Positions 11,266 to 25,400 of a stretch of DNA of 64,000 nt are shown in pieces (the stretch's first letter is position 1; every line of letters begins with the position of its first letter). The DNA is from Oopsacas minuta. Lineage: Eukaryota > Animalia > Porifera. Where the stretch lies: assembly GCA_024704765.1 (NCBI GenBank), contig JAKMXF010000088.1, forward strand, positions 372,001 to 436,000, written 5' to 3'. The position numbers were made by a program, and so were the translations under genes. The notes beneath the pieces were generated by a model that was not told the DNA's origin, did no database searches, and worked only from the letters and a program-made list of their open reading frames with translations.

Positions 11266-14200
11266 TCATAGATCAGTTTGTATTGCTGAAGTTCGCTGTA
11301 CGAAATTCCGTAACTGAGATGTACTAGCCCTTGATTCAGGAGTATGTCTATCTAGATCGAGATTACTGTAGCGGATTGGATCATCATCAAAGACTGAATC
11401 ATCTTCACTTTGGCCGCGTTTAAAGAAGTTAGGGCCTAATTTAGCCCTCGTGTATTCTGGGGGTGGAGTCCAATCTGGGCCGGCAGTACCTCTCCCGATA
11501 GTTGTTAATAACTCAGTATTGAGTGAGGATTTTCTTCTCATATTCGGTTTAGGTTGTTGATTCGTAGTCTCTTCAGGATGGAAAATATCTTGAGACATGA
11601 ACTTTTTAAACCGCAATGAATAGAAAGCAGGATTGTGTACAGAGACTGTATCTCCTTTAGTGATTACACTCTTCATTGCATGTTCTATCTTCTTTTTAGC
11701 TCTATATTTCTGGAGTATATCTATAATACCAACGTATACAACAGCTATGTCTCCGTTGGGTAACGTAGCAACCACTCCGTCCTCTGGAATTCTATCGAGA
11801 TATGATGTCAAGTTTTGATTGTCTAGCGGTGTTTCTGTAGGCGTATCAGGTTCACAGATAATCGAATCTGAGTGAATTGGATGATTGGAATTCCTAGAAA
11901 AGTATGAAATAATAAAATAATCAGTTCTAGCAATTTTCAGGGTAGAATTCGACTTGTCCATTTGATTATTAAACAACACACATTTGATTTCAAACTAAAC
12001 TCATGAAAATTAATGTATTTGTGTGATTAATTAGTAGCAATTGGTATTTTGATTTGTTACAAATAATATTATCCTGTTCCCGTTTACGTATGCAAATTAG
12101 TATACATTCTGTAAGGCATATGCAAATGAGTAAGACTAAATACGTCTCAGAAATTATTAATCCATTTCTGATAAACAGCTACAAAAATGATTTTATATCC
12201 ACATGTGAACATAGCGTAATATATTATTTGGGTTTCAATGAGGAATTTGACCACAGGAAAAGCAGTTTATCTACATTTTAGCCTACATATGTAACGAGGA
12301 CATGTTTTTTATGACAAGACAACGTTCATAGAGTGAATAGTAGCAATGACGCTTAAGGCAGGTAAGGCGATCAAGCAAGGTTTTTGTAAGTTTTCAAAAA
12401 GATGAAAGATAATGACACTTTTGACAAGTTATAAATAGAAATCAAAGTCATGGCTGTCCCACAAGGATTAGTTGTTAGTATTACCGTTTCATCTCCTAAT
12501 TAATTGCATTTCATAATAGTTACAATAATAATTTGGTAGAAACCATATAACCAGTAATTGATGAGAAATGATTCCAGACCAAATTAAAGCTAATTAGGAG
12601 AAAGTACGTCGTAGTTGGTCGCCTGTTTGTAATTTAACAATTAAATTTGGTTGGCGTGTAAAAACAGAATTAATTATTGTCCATAGGTTGGTCAAAAGTT
12701 ATATAGAGTTGGAATTCAGAGATTCTTGTCTTAAAACTTTCGGCCAAAGAAACTAAGATCTCTAACTAGCAACAAAACCCTTCCTACTTTAATTAAAATA
12801 GATAAAATCGCTTTTCCAACTAAATTAGACTTTTCGAAATTTCAGTGAAAACATGAAGTGTACTATCAATTGCATAACTTTTCTCAGATTAGCAGACAGC
12901 AATATTGTAATGATATAAAGTTATGCCAGGCCCGTTATCATTGTAAGCATAAACAAGGTATTAAATAACATATATCTCCTGATGGTGTGTTGTAACATGA
13001 TTGGAGAATATATAGTAATTCTGTATTACGTTAATTATAGAATATGATTGCTCCTAAACATCACCAAATTATTGTTAGAAGACTTGACATTCTTTTTGCT
13101 GATTATTAATGACAATTAGAATTTAATTTTCCACCAAAAATTGCTCTGATGATATCCCAGAGTTAAATTGCAATTGAATCGTTCGTGAATAATGTCGGAG
13201 TCCGCTGACATCAAATTGGAGTACCCTGCGGATTTTGTTTTCAGAAGGGGTACATCTTATCCGATTTCTACTCTATTTATAAATAACATTATCACAAACC
13301 AACTTACATAGTATTAGTATCAATGACGTGTGACTCCATTGGCAGATCAAATCTGCTTCTATTCACTCTGAATTCTTCACTAACATTATGTACAGCTAAC
13401 AACAGACTGTAGTCCATTATATCGAAACTCTCAAGCACCATACAATCTCTATGTAGCGTGTTAATTAGCTTACTATACATTTCTGGGGTAGTTGAAAGGC
13501 CCTGGGGGAACATTTGGATGAAGTCAAGGTCCTTGAAAGTTGGTGAAGTTTTACGTTTCTCTTTCATAGAAGCACGTCGTCCATATGTAGACCCTTTGAG
13601 ATCGAACTTGTAATGGTATTTGATGGTAGATGGTAAGAGATTGTTCATAACTACGAACCGGATTTTACGACTGCCACTTTGGTAAGCGTAGAGACCTAAG
13701 AATTTAGGTAGAAGTGTTTGTGTGTTCTATAAAAACAGATAATTATAAAATTTGACTAACAATTCTTTTGCAAAAAATAAGAACAATAATAGTAAGGAAA
13801 TTTTCATATTTTAGTTTTATCGCGAAAAATTCAACTTACATATTCTAATGAAATTGAGAATTTGTTAATTCAGTCAACTCCAGTCATATCGAAGCAATAC
13901 TTTAATACAAGTGGAGTTCGATATAACTGATGAAAGAGATGTTTCTTTGACGGTTAGGGACCATATTTGTACAATTTAAGGCTTCGATATAACAGGAATT
14001 GACTGTATTTATAAAAGGAGTATTTATATCAACTTACTTGTACAAGATTCATCCAATATCCTGCTAACAACTTCTGCAGGAAGAAAGCTTCGTTAAAAGA
14101 TACAGTCTTGATAATATACTTATCGTCTTGTGTAAGATAGAACACACTTCCACTTGCCCCTGGGTTACCGAGCTGTTTCAGAGGTGTATAGCAAACGCTA

Positions 14201-14568
14201 GCGATAAAATCTTCAGGTTGAATATCGAAATGATCGCGGAGATGACGAAAAGCAGCTGGTGAATAACTTTTAAGCGAAAAATGTTTATATTTATGAGCTG
14301 GAGTGGATTCACTGCCTTGATGTGGAAACGGAATGTTATCCGCGGTTAGGAAATCAGGGAGTAGTAAATCTCTTTTGGGTTTGGGACTAATTTTAGCTAG
14401 AGAGTGTGCAATACCGAATTGTATCGTGGTCATTAATGCCTCGGTGTCTGTTTGTACTTCATCGATTGCGGAGAATCGTGGAATCTTATCAACTTCAGCA
14501 AAACTATTTTTCGTTGTAGATGGTAGGTTTTCCAATGTGAGAACTGGACTTTGAATTGTCAATGCCAT
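11266..14568 (-). CDS. PIP5K1: Type I phosphatidylinositol-4-phosphate 5-kinase (3 exons, 525 aa)
   Basis: Exons 14568-14038, 13726-13308, 11893-11266. Motifs [33 protein letters not shown] and IIDILQKY, with a type I activation-loop region ([22 protein letters not shown]). Confidence 0.93.
13871..14005. mobile_element. Tc1/mariner-type MITE family A in PIP5K intron 1
   Basis: TIR cagtcaactcc/ggaattgactg followed by TA; shared core catatttgtacaatt. Confidence 0.8.
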
Positions 14569-14870
14569 TTAGAAGATTTTGAATTTATTTCATTGAAGGA
14601 AGCCCAACTATTTATACCAGCGAGCTAGCTATCAATTGAAAGTCCTAGTTTTGCATTATATTACAGATTATAGTATGACTATGTATTAATTTGAATTTTA
14701 TTGTTTATATTTACATAAACTATCATATGAGAGTATTCAAGATTCGAACCTAATAGTGGAATAATTTGAATATGAATAGTTACGCATAATAGAAATATTG
14801 TAACAATAGAAAATATCTGAGATCATGGAATTAAATAATACATATCCACCATAAGGCTAATGCTTTGTTG

Positions 14871-15362
14871 CAGGGGCGTAGATCCGGGAATTTTTCTGGG
14901 GGGATGGAGAATTTAAAACTAGCACTTTTCTACATATGACAAATATGAATATGCCATAATCGTAGTCATTAAACTTCCTAACTCGCCAAAAAGATAGATA
15001 CACAATAATAAAAACAGCTAAGAACATAGATAATAGTATATATAATATACTTTATGCTTGGTAGTGTGAAGAGAACCTATTGATATAATATATCTAGATT
15101 AAAGTATAAATTATTCGGAGAGACTCTACGCGTGAGAATTATTAATAAGCACGATAGAGATTATTCACAAGTATACATTTATCCGGATTATGGCATATAT
15201 CTCAATGAGTAGATAGGGAATGACATCTCAGATTCATATCTTTGAAAACATACTTGAGAACAGTGTAATTTGAATATAACAAGATGATAATCTGCTGAAA
15301 CTCAAAAGTTAAAATGTATGGGGGATGATTACATAGAGCATCCCCCAGGATCTACGCCCCTG
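14871..15362. mobile_element. Non-autonomous hAT-type element (492 bp) with 8-bp TSD
   Basis: 15-bp perfect TIR caggggcgtagatcc/ggatctacgcccctg, flanked on both sides by ctttgttg (14863-14870 and 15363-15370). Confidence 0.9.
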
Positions 15363-16083
15363 CTTTGTTGGAAATTCGTTTCAGCGCGAATTTCCAATTA
15401 AAATACATACTGTCACTCTGTCAGCATCAATACAGGGACGTTGGAAGCACAAAAGTATTGGTGCAGCATTCATCATACTTTGATCATTAGCCGAATATGA
15501 CCGGGAAAAAGTGTGATTTTATGACGTCAAAATGGTGCTAAAAGCTCAATTTGGGTGGGAATTGGTTCAAACGCAGCGGTAAAATTATAATGTTCCTTTT
15601 CGTTATGAACTTACAGTAACACTTTAGCCGTATTCGGTTAAATGTAATTATATTGGTGTGTATGGTAACCGAATTCCAGTAAAATGGTCTTATATCGGCA
15701 TGAATTATCAGGGGGAATTGGTTAATAAACACTAATATTTACAACTGATTATTTATGCAAAATTATCCACAGAAGAAACCAGGATGTTCGGTAGAATTAC
15801 TATACGTACAATGGATACAAAGTAAAATGAAATACTAGAATACGGAATCTCTATTACATCGGCTCACAATCGGTGTTCCCGGCGACGGCACCCTTGTATG
15901 TCTCAGAAATTGCGTCACCAAACTATCACTGTCATAAAACAAATTACAGTAGACTCAGCTTAATGAGGTCACATCGGGAGGCCATTTGGACCCGATTAAG
16001 CGGAATAAAGGTGATGACACAATAACCGGATTGGTTTAACACTATTTGTAACGGGGGGTTTGGAAAAATCTAAAGAAAACTTT

Positions 16084-16365
16084 ACCTATCGTATTTATTC
16101 GAATAGTAGCCGGGACGATTATTAATTTTAACCCCCTCTTAGGGGGGGGGCGATTATTCGAGTGAAGTGATTAGGTAGGTACTAGGTAGATATTCATTTT
16201 ATCCGCAGTAATGCAATTAGTATTTACATTGACCTACTATTTGAATAAATACCGTATTAACAATTCGGGATAGGCGATTATTAATTTCAAACCCCCAAAA
16301 GGGGGGCGATTATTCGAGGGAGGCGATTATTTGAATAGGGGCTACTATTCGAATAAATAATGTTC
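16084..16365. mobile_element. Degenerate, probably nested MITEs with cgtatttattcgaata-type ends
   Basis: Inverted tatttattcgaatagtagcc / ggctactattcgaataaata with internal repeats gcgattatt(cga). Confidence 0.6.
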
Positions 16366-16679
16366 TATATATGCTGCGTTCGAAATGTTCATTCAGGATA
16401 GAAAATTGTCAACTAGAACTAGGGATCATGATAAGGATATAATACAAAACAAATTGAATAATTCTGACTGCAATATATTACAAACTAACATCACCAGCAT
16501 ATAGATAGAAATACATAATACAACAATAAAAATATATAAACCAGATCACATCTCAGTCAAGAATACAAACAAATCAATGAATGCAATTAGGGGGTTGATG
16601 CGTATTCATATATCGGGTACCATGGATGAGGAATTGAAGAATAATCCTCAAATATTATTAAAATCGTGAAATCAATTTT

Positions 16680-19600
16680 TCAAAAGAAAGTCGATTCTTC
16701 ACTCCGCTGGCTTCTAGATGGAGGTTTCCTTGGATTACTTACTTTATTGAAAATAGCAATTTTATCAGAGAGACTAGTATCGTGTCCATTTATGTCATCA
16801 AATTGTGCGGCCAAGGGAGGTTGGCTTATTACCCTTGATTTAGTTGGATTACGTTGATACGGGTAGTGATTAATTTGTTGTTCACCTGCTGGAATGGAAG
16901 GGAGGGAAGGAAGCACACGAGGAGTAGGTATAGGATTAGGTATACGGGTGTCAGGCATGTGTTTGGGAGGCGGGGGCTTATACGGATATTTGTCTTGCTC
17001 CTGTATGTAAGTTGGGTTTGTAGGATTTTCAATACTTTTTTTCACATTAGTTGAATAGGTTGGGTTTGGCTGATAGGTTGGAGTATTTTGTGAGGAATAA
17101 TAAGACGAATCTCTTGGGTTAATATTATGTAGATTTGAAGGGTTTGAATTGTAAGAGAAGGCACTAGAAGGATTCGAGCTGTAGGGTGGATTAAATGAAG
17201 GAATGTTAGGGGGATTATGAGACGGAGGAGCTGGGTTGTTATATGAAGATTGGGGAATAGAATTTGAAGGTATTTTGCTTTGTGTTGAGTTAGTCTTTGG
17301 AGGTAAAACTGGAGCAAATGCTCTCGGATTATTAGTCCGGTCAGGTTCTTTGAGTTTATCCTCATCAACTGATGACAGTTGTCGTTTTGGTCCCACTTTT
17401 GTTTTTAGGACGAGTGAACTACGATGCGGGGGCCCTGATTTCTTCTGCATACCTGATTTTTTCGGACCTAACTCACCAAGCTCAATTTTAGATAATAAAT
17501 CATCCAAAAGTCCCTTTTTGTTGTTGCCATGTTCATCGGAATTTGTTAATTCTTCCTCTTCACGACGTTTCATATTTTCGCGTTTTTTCTTCGCGGCTTC
17601 TTCCACTTCTCTCTTGTGCAGTTCTTTCTTTCTAGTTTCGCGAATTAATTCATTTTCTTTACGCGCTTTTTCAAAGATGTTGATGAATTTCACAAAATAC
17701 GCAAAGAAATCTTCTGTATTTACTTTCCGTGGATCCATTGCAAACCATCTGATAGTCTCATGTAAGGAAGATTCCATATCTTTGTAGAGTTTCTTTATTG
17801 ATTTGTGTTCTTGTTCTGTCTCTTTCAAGAATTCAGGCATCACCTAGGTGCATACAGACTCAAGTAAATATGAAAATTAGAACTGATGAATGGGGGACAA
17901 TTCGTCGATCGTCGCATAGAAATAACTCTGAATGTGTAATATATTACTCTGAAACGCGTGAATATAGCATACAATTAATCTATAACACCTCATTTAGTGC
18001 TAGATCGAATTTGCAAACAGTAGTAAGACTTAAGACCGTGCAATTGTTGAAATTTGACGATAACAACAAATCTGTTGTAATGAAAATCGTTTGAAAAAGT
18101 TGAATGCAAACAGCCAGAGATTAAGATATTGATAATATCCCGTTTTTTTAGGAAGAGAATTCACTATTTTTGTGTCAATTAGAGAGACAGATAATGGAAA
18201 TCTCCAACACTTACAAACCTTATGGTAACGCTCATAAGAATCAATCTTACTCTCATCAGAGTAGTGCTTTAATTCCTGTCTAACTTCATCAATACAGTTT
18301 GACATATTCCGTATTTGAGACCTGAGATTCTCGTCATTAACTTTTGCAGCCATTCTAACTTCTTCCAATTCCAGAACAAACTTCAGTAAGTCAGGCTCCA
18401 CACCTTCAATAACTTCTACAATGAAGTTCATTAGGTTCAATGTGTGATCGTTTGTTTTAGTGCCATCTAATTTGGTTAGGGATTCTAGATGGAATCCTGC
18501 TGTCTGGGCATGTTTGGTACCTAAAACATTGTATTGTGTAAACTGATAGAAACCACAATAATCGGGGCCTGTGGAAACGAAGTGAAAAATAGAGCGATTT
18601 CCTAGTCAAATACATATTAACCTCCACAAACGGGAATTGGCAGAAACAGGGAAAGGAAGCAAAGTATTATCCAGGAGCTCTTCTAGGCGTATGATTTGAT
18701 GATATTACATTTAGGAGTATGAAATTTGAGGATCTTTCTCTTTACCATAACACAAATTTACTTACTTAGTAGGCATATGAAAATTTGAGAGAAGGAGGGC
18801 TAGGAGCGTGCTTCGAAATACTTGTATAACTCCCTATAAGGCGTTTGCATTTTTCGAGGTCCCTGACACCCAGTTTGTGGAGGTTACTGGTTACATTGTA
18901 ATGAAATAATTATGTTTAGCTAATATTTAATATCTTGGTCAATTTCTATAACTCCAGAATTAACATAAATTTAGAATATAAACATACCAGCATTCATCTT
19001 GTTACCAATCAACAGAACATATTCTATAACTTTCCTCAGTCGTTTAGAATTCTTAACCTTCTCACTAGTATCTTTAATACATCTTAGTTGAGGAACTAAT
19101 TCTTGTATTTCATTCTTGATTCTCTGTCTGAAAATCATAGTTCTGAGTCTTAATTCTAATCTGTCAATTTTAGTGACTACTAGTAAGAAGCGTTCTGATA
19201 CATTTAAGTTCTCAAAGCGATACCTAATGTGTAGTTTATGATATAAAGATCTGGCATAGTGATCTCAATTATAAGATATTATTTCGGTTGTCACAAAAGC
19301 ATAATTATATGCATGAGTTAAGCCTTTGGGAGTATATCAGCGGTCCCAAATTCGGGTCCATGGTCCAGATGTGAAAAGGTTGGGAACCGATGGATTAGGC
19401 TATTTCCTTAACCAAGGGGATTATGAAATTATTGATGAAGTGCTTCAGGAATCGTTAAAAATGCATACATATCATAAAATAGCAAGTTTGATAATGTTTT
19501 GATTAACTGAAGTTGAACTCACTTGTTTTTGAGGTCATTCAATTTCTGAATATCAATTGAGCTTGGAAGGAACTTTAGTAAATCTACCAGCATCTAAATG

Positions 19601-22377
19601 AGGATAAATAATAAGATTCTAATTATCATATATTTGTCTAAAGCACAGCGAAAATTCCGAATTTATTTTGACTTGTATAAGTATATGAAGCCCCTAAAAT
19701 TGCTACCCCCTTATTATAGAACTCCCGTTATGCTAAACACGGATATATCGAAGTCTGAAAGTATACAAATATGGTTCCAAAACATCAAAGTAACATAATT
19801 TCCATCGGTTATATCGAATTATTTGGCTGTCGTTTGAGCTTCGATATAACAGGAGTTGACTGGAATGTATAAATGCGAATAATTCCGTGTAACGAAATTT
19901 CAATCAGATTTGTCGCCTACAAACTCAGATAATTATTTAATGAATATACATATATCAATACCTGCTCACTGAGTGCCTCATCCATAGTTATAATCATTCT
20001 CTTAATTTGCTCACTAGAGTATCTGGATGATCTCAAAAATATCCCGATATTCTGAGCAGCTTGTTTAGTTATAACTTGTGGCTCTGTTTGCTCTCTTTGA
20101 GCTACTGATGGTTTCTCTTTCTCTGTTTTATTATTCTCAAGATCGTGTGTAGCTCCCTGTTTTACAAACTTCTTTGATAGATCTATTTCTAATTGCTTTG
20201 TTAGTAAGCTAAAAAGACAAGATTTATGAATATGGGAATAGTGGAGAACAATTGTCAATAGCAGTTTGTCCGCATCATTACTTCAAATCAAAGTAACTCC
20301 CATTGTATTAACACGAATATATCGAATATCCGCTTATATCAAACTGAGAAATTATACAAATTGTATAAAAATAGGCCCAAACCGTCAAAGTAAAATACAT
20401 TACATCGGTTGTATCGAAGTAATTATCACGGTCCCTTGAGCTTCGATATAACAGGAGTTGCTAATTAACTATACAATAGTATTAAACTATTCAATGTTTG
20501 CTTACTTATGCTCATTGAGTCCTACCCATATTGTATCACGAGTAATATCCTGCTCGTTGATTTTCTTCCAGAAGAAATGTGACATACCAGGTATTTGGTC
20601 ATACTTTTGTTTTTGAATTTGTACACCTTTTCTTTGTATTGTTGCAGTAGCAGTGTCGCTGGTACCGAGCTTAGCTGCTACTTCTGGGAGATTGGGAGGA
20701 GGGTTTGGAATGTTTGGTTGTATTTCTGGGAGATCAGCTGGTGGGTAAGGTATCGTGAATCTAAATTGAAGAAAATATATAAATTTAACGTACTACTTCT
20801 TTCAAACATAAATTTAGTTTCCATTCATCTTAACACAATCCCTATTTGGATATAACATACACTCTGATAGTACGTACATGTATAAAGCACAAATTCCATA
20901 ATAATAATATGTTCAAATGCGCTGTACATTAGGGTGTTAATGATATGATATCTACTAGAACAATTCAAATTTAATAGATTTATTGCCAACTTACTTTCCC
21001 TGTGAGGTAGTAACAGAAACAAGGCCAGTAGGATTAGATTCCTTTTTCCCAACAGCTTTATTACCTTCACTACTTGATGTAGTCTGTTTCACAGAATTTA
21101 CAGATGTATTACCATGAGGAACACCAGGTTCATCCCCTGGGGGCGGAGCTATGTCCCCTCGGTCAATTACATCTTGTAGCTCATCTACTTTCTGTTGTAG
21201 AACTGATGTTTGTACTTCTAACTCGTGGAAACGGAGTTGTTCATCTTTTACTTGTTGTTCAAACTTTAGAGCTCTTTCACGGGATTCTTCTACATGAGCC
21301 TGATTAAGAGATGATTTGTTAAAAGTCAATGGAATCTCGTTAAAGACGAACAAATACAATTACACACACAATGATTATTCAATTAGTATTACGCGATGAT
21401 ATATTCAAAATTCGGAAGGAAAGCATTTACAATCTATTCACGTTATATCAAGGACGATTAAAGTGAAGTTTCCTATTAACCTAAATATTATAGCATTGCT
21501 ATAAACTGTGGCTGAATGCTTCCTTACTACAACGGTATAAATAGAAGATTACCTTGGTCAGCATATTATCAATAATTGGATCTACAGCTAATTCAAATTT
21601 CCTATGAGTCAAAGAATCAGGATCAGTACCATTCTTCTGCAATACAATCTGTGTAATGCATTGTTCTATTAGTTTGAAGTATAAAGGACGGATATAGTAG
21701 TCATCTCGGATTAATAGTAAATGTTGGAAAATACTAAGAAGTGATTTTTCTGCTTCAGAGCCTTGTGTGATCATCGTGAGAAGCTAAAAATATTATTAAG
21801 GTAACTAATTTTTATTTTTCTGACAAGCAATCCAAGTTGTCATTTGATAGTATTTATGTAGATCCGGGCCTGTTTTGAAAATATTATTTCCAATACAAAG
21901 TCTTTTGCTTGTGTGATTCTAAATTTGGTGTTGAATATTTATAGTCAAATATTTTCTGTACTTATAATACCATAACTACAGTTGCATGTATGTATTATAT
22001 CAAGTACAATAATATTTTTCGGACCATATGTACAGTACAACAAGAAATATCATGATTGTCGTGACGTCACCAATTGCTTTAGGGATACAAGCAACTGAGA
22101 TCGCTAGGTGAATTAGTGCAGAACACGGTGTCCGAGGCAGGTATTCAGGTCCTTGTGATGTAGAGTGAACTCGGATAAGACATATACCCCTTCGGAAAAC
22201 TATATAAGCACGTTACTATTCAAATAGGGATTTTATTAAAATGAATGGGAAATGTTGGTTTGTAAAAAGTAGTAATATGATCCAATTTTTACTGTACTTC
22301 TGGAGTTGTTAGAATGGATTAGTGGATATGTCATGCAACGAAATGTTGGATTTGGTAAATTTGACAATATTAAACAA

Positions 22378-22419
<42 letters not shown>

Positions 22420-25400
22420 TCGGAAATATCAATTTCGTTACCTGAAAAGCAGAATTAAGATCTGTGAAATCAGCTTGTATTCTATTCCATTTAGAAGATA
22501 ACTCATCAAGATCATCATTTTTAAGGTTGTCATAGAGTCTTAATTGTGTTTCAATTTCTTCAGGGACTGTAGGTCCTATTTCGTTAATGAATCCCTCTAG
22601 CCCAGCTATATATGGAATTTTGAATAATGGTTAGCAAAGTAGCACAAGGAAATTAATGCAAATACGACTTGTTAATGGCTCAAGATCCACCGCATAGGAT
22701 CCACTAGCATATTCTTGATATATAAGAATCGTACACGTCATTATTATACAAATATTATAGCTATCTGCTTAACTTACATCTAACCATCTCGCACCGGAGA
22801 TGAACTCTGAAATTAGAATCTTCTATCGGTACCAGGATAGAATTGATAAATAGAAAACATGCTGCTTGAACTAGAGGCTGATCAGATTCTAACATGTACT
22901 GTATTACAGGATCAAAGCGAGCTTGGTTCTTCTTGATTGCCTAATTACAGACATTCGTAATTAATTAAGGTTAATACAATATACAATTTTCTATGCGAAT
23001 AGACATGGACTATTAAATATATGATCAGACACTGTCGCTTGGATGTTTCGCCCCCGTTACATCATTTCTACACAGTAGTTTTATTTAGGGACCGAAAGCA
23101 GGATATAAATTGTTGAGGGCAGTGACGTATCTAGGATTTTAGCGAGGGGAGGGGAGGGCTGACCCTATGGTAAAGTAAACCTGAGTGAACGTATGTATTG
23201 TTACGGAATTTGAAAATGCATTAACAGTGAAAAGAAATGAAGTAAGTTTAAAGTTGTAATGAACTGACGTTCAATCGGTTTCATTCAAATTCTGTAGGAA
23301 TAAGTACACAAGGTTTATGAATTATATTACACATTTGAATATGCAAATTTTCAATCTGTATAAATTTGTACGGACGTGATTTTCCAATACAGTACATCCT
23401 CGATTACGCGGCTTCGTTTAGCGAAATAATCAACAGTAACAAGAATGTATCCACATTTGGCTACCTACATTTTGCAGTATTTGGACGGTTTATGGTATAA
23501 AGAAGAATCATCGGAAATTGATAAGCAATTTCTTAGGTAATCCAAATTGAGCTAAAAGTACAAATCATCAAACAACTTTTAGGCTAAACTTTTGATAAAA
23601 ACCTCCAAACACAACACAGAGCTTCCCACACAAAACTAATCAAACGTGCAAACCTACTTACGGTATCAGTTATTCAGCCAGATAGAATGATAGTGGCAAA
23701 TACAACCACGCCTAAAATTGATCATTTAACAATAGAACAATCATTTTGAGGTTAGTATTTAGATTAGCACACACTTCAAGCAAAGAAATAACAAAGAATC
23801 AAAATGAATTTGAATACAGTCAGGAAATCGATCAAGAACAGCCTCCGTCAGATTTGAAAAGTACAAATCACCAATTACTTAGCGAAAAACAAAGATTAGA
23901 AGAAGAAATGTATCAGCTCAAACAGAAAATGTTCTCAAACAAACAGCCTAATAATTGTGTATGATATATTATGTAATAATATATCTTATCTCGTTGTTTG
24001 TCCGTTGATATGTAAATTTATTGTTGTTTTCATGAATATAAGGAAACAAAATTAATCTCAAAATTTACGTAGATACTTGCTCTAAACGGCTACAAAGGAG
24101 GTTGATCTTACAAAATAATTCAATAACATATATGCCATATACGTATATTTGTGAATTACATTGTTCTAAATATAGCTATAATACTCAAAGGGGCCGTAAA
24201 TTTGGAGGATAATGGATACCTCGAGGCGCGATGCGCCGAGTTCATCACGAAGCGACGAGCCAAAGGCTCGTATATATATATATGACCGCAAGAATTTAGT
24301 ATATAAAAAAAGTCACACATAAACATAATATTCAACAAAATATTTCTTATCCAAAGATATAATTTCTAAGAATTTAGTAATCTCTTTAATACGAATTTCG
24401 GGATAAGACGAACAAATATACACACAAAATAGGTTCCTAAAATAGTAATTCAATTGGTATTACTCCAGTTAATACGAACTCCGGATAAAGCGAACAAACT
24501 TTGAACGTCTGTTGGTATTCATATCGTATTAACGAGGTGCCATTGTATCTGCGTATATTTCTTTCTAACAAGGATTCTTCTATCAGAAATTACACAAATA
24601 TCCCATATAAATTCGAAAACAAGTTGACGATTCATATTAACACAAATTCCATCAAGGAAATGGTCATAATAATAAGGAGCTTCGGAAATAAAGAGAAATC
24701 AATTCAATACAAATTGAATAGTCTTGTTACACAGTCTAATCTTACCAAACACATTTCATTGTAAGAGCATAGTTACTATTAATATATTGAATCTATTGAA
24801 ACACTCAAACTTTGAGCTATAAATACAAGGAATAATTCTAAATAATTACAATTTCAATTCTATCCAAATCAATAAATAATTATTTTAATATGAATACCCA
24901 AGATGTAATTTGCTCGAACAACAACAACAACAATATTGAGCAAGAAAAACAAAAACAACAAGAGATTAAAGAAGAAAGGATAAATGAAATCGCCGAGTTG
25001 ATGCAGACTAAATTTCAACTTTTAGCTCAGAAAAAGAGAATCGAGCAAGAAATCAACTTCTATCGACAGAAAATATTTTCAAATGAAAATCCAACTAATT
25101 CAGCCTAAAAGCTTCATATATTAGTTAAACCAATTTAAATCTGCAAATGCATTATTGTATGTTTACTAATAAAATGAATTAATAAATATCAGGTGAATAT
25201 CTTTGACACAATTATTAACCATATGGGAAATTGGGAATATAGGGGAGGTTAAGTTCAGTGGAACCTGGTTAATACGAATTTCTGGATAAGATGAGCTAAT
25301 ATAGACACAAAATCAGGTCCCTACAGTGTTATTCAATTGGCATTACTCCGACGAACTCTGGATAAAGCGAAAAAAAATTGACCATCAGTTGGTATTCGTA

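Noticed and set aside
14720-14790. tRNA from minus-strand GGTTCGAATC (box B-like)
   Set aside because: No cloverleaf stems or box A in the flanking sequence.
17236-17787. 183-aa plus-strand ORF and other antisense ORFs (30713-31219, 40065-40499, 50738-51103, 63403-63780)
   Set aside because: These are shadows of real coding exons on the opposite strand with low-complexity S/F/L composition.
22060-22160. Intronic snoRNA candidates (also about 46740-46810)
   Set aside because: GC-richer hairpins are present, but I could not find correctly spaced H/ACA or C/D boxes.
23720-23830. SL RNA candidate from TTTTGAG|GTTAGT
   Set aside because: No stem pairing the donor, no convincing Sm site between hairpins, and it overlaps mini-ORF A.
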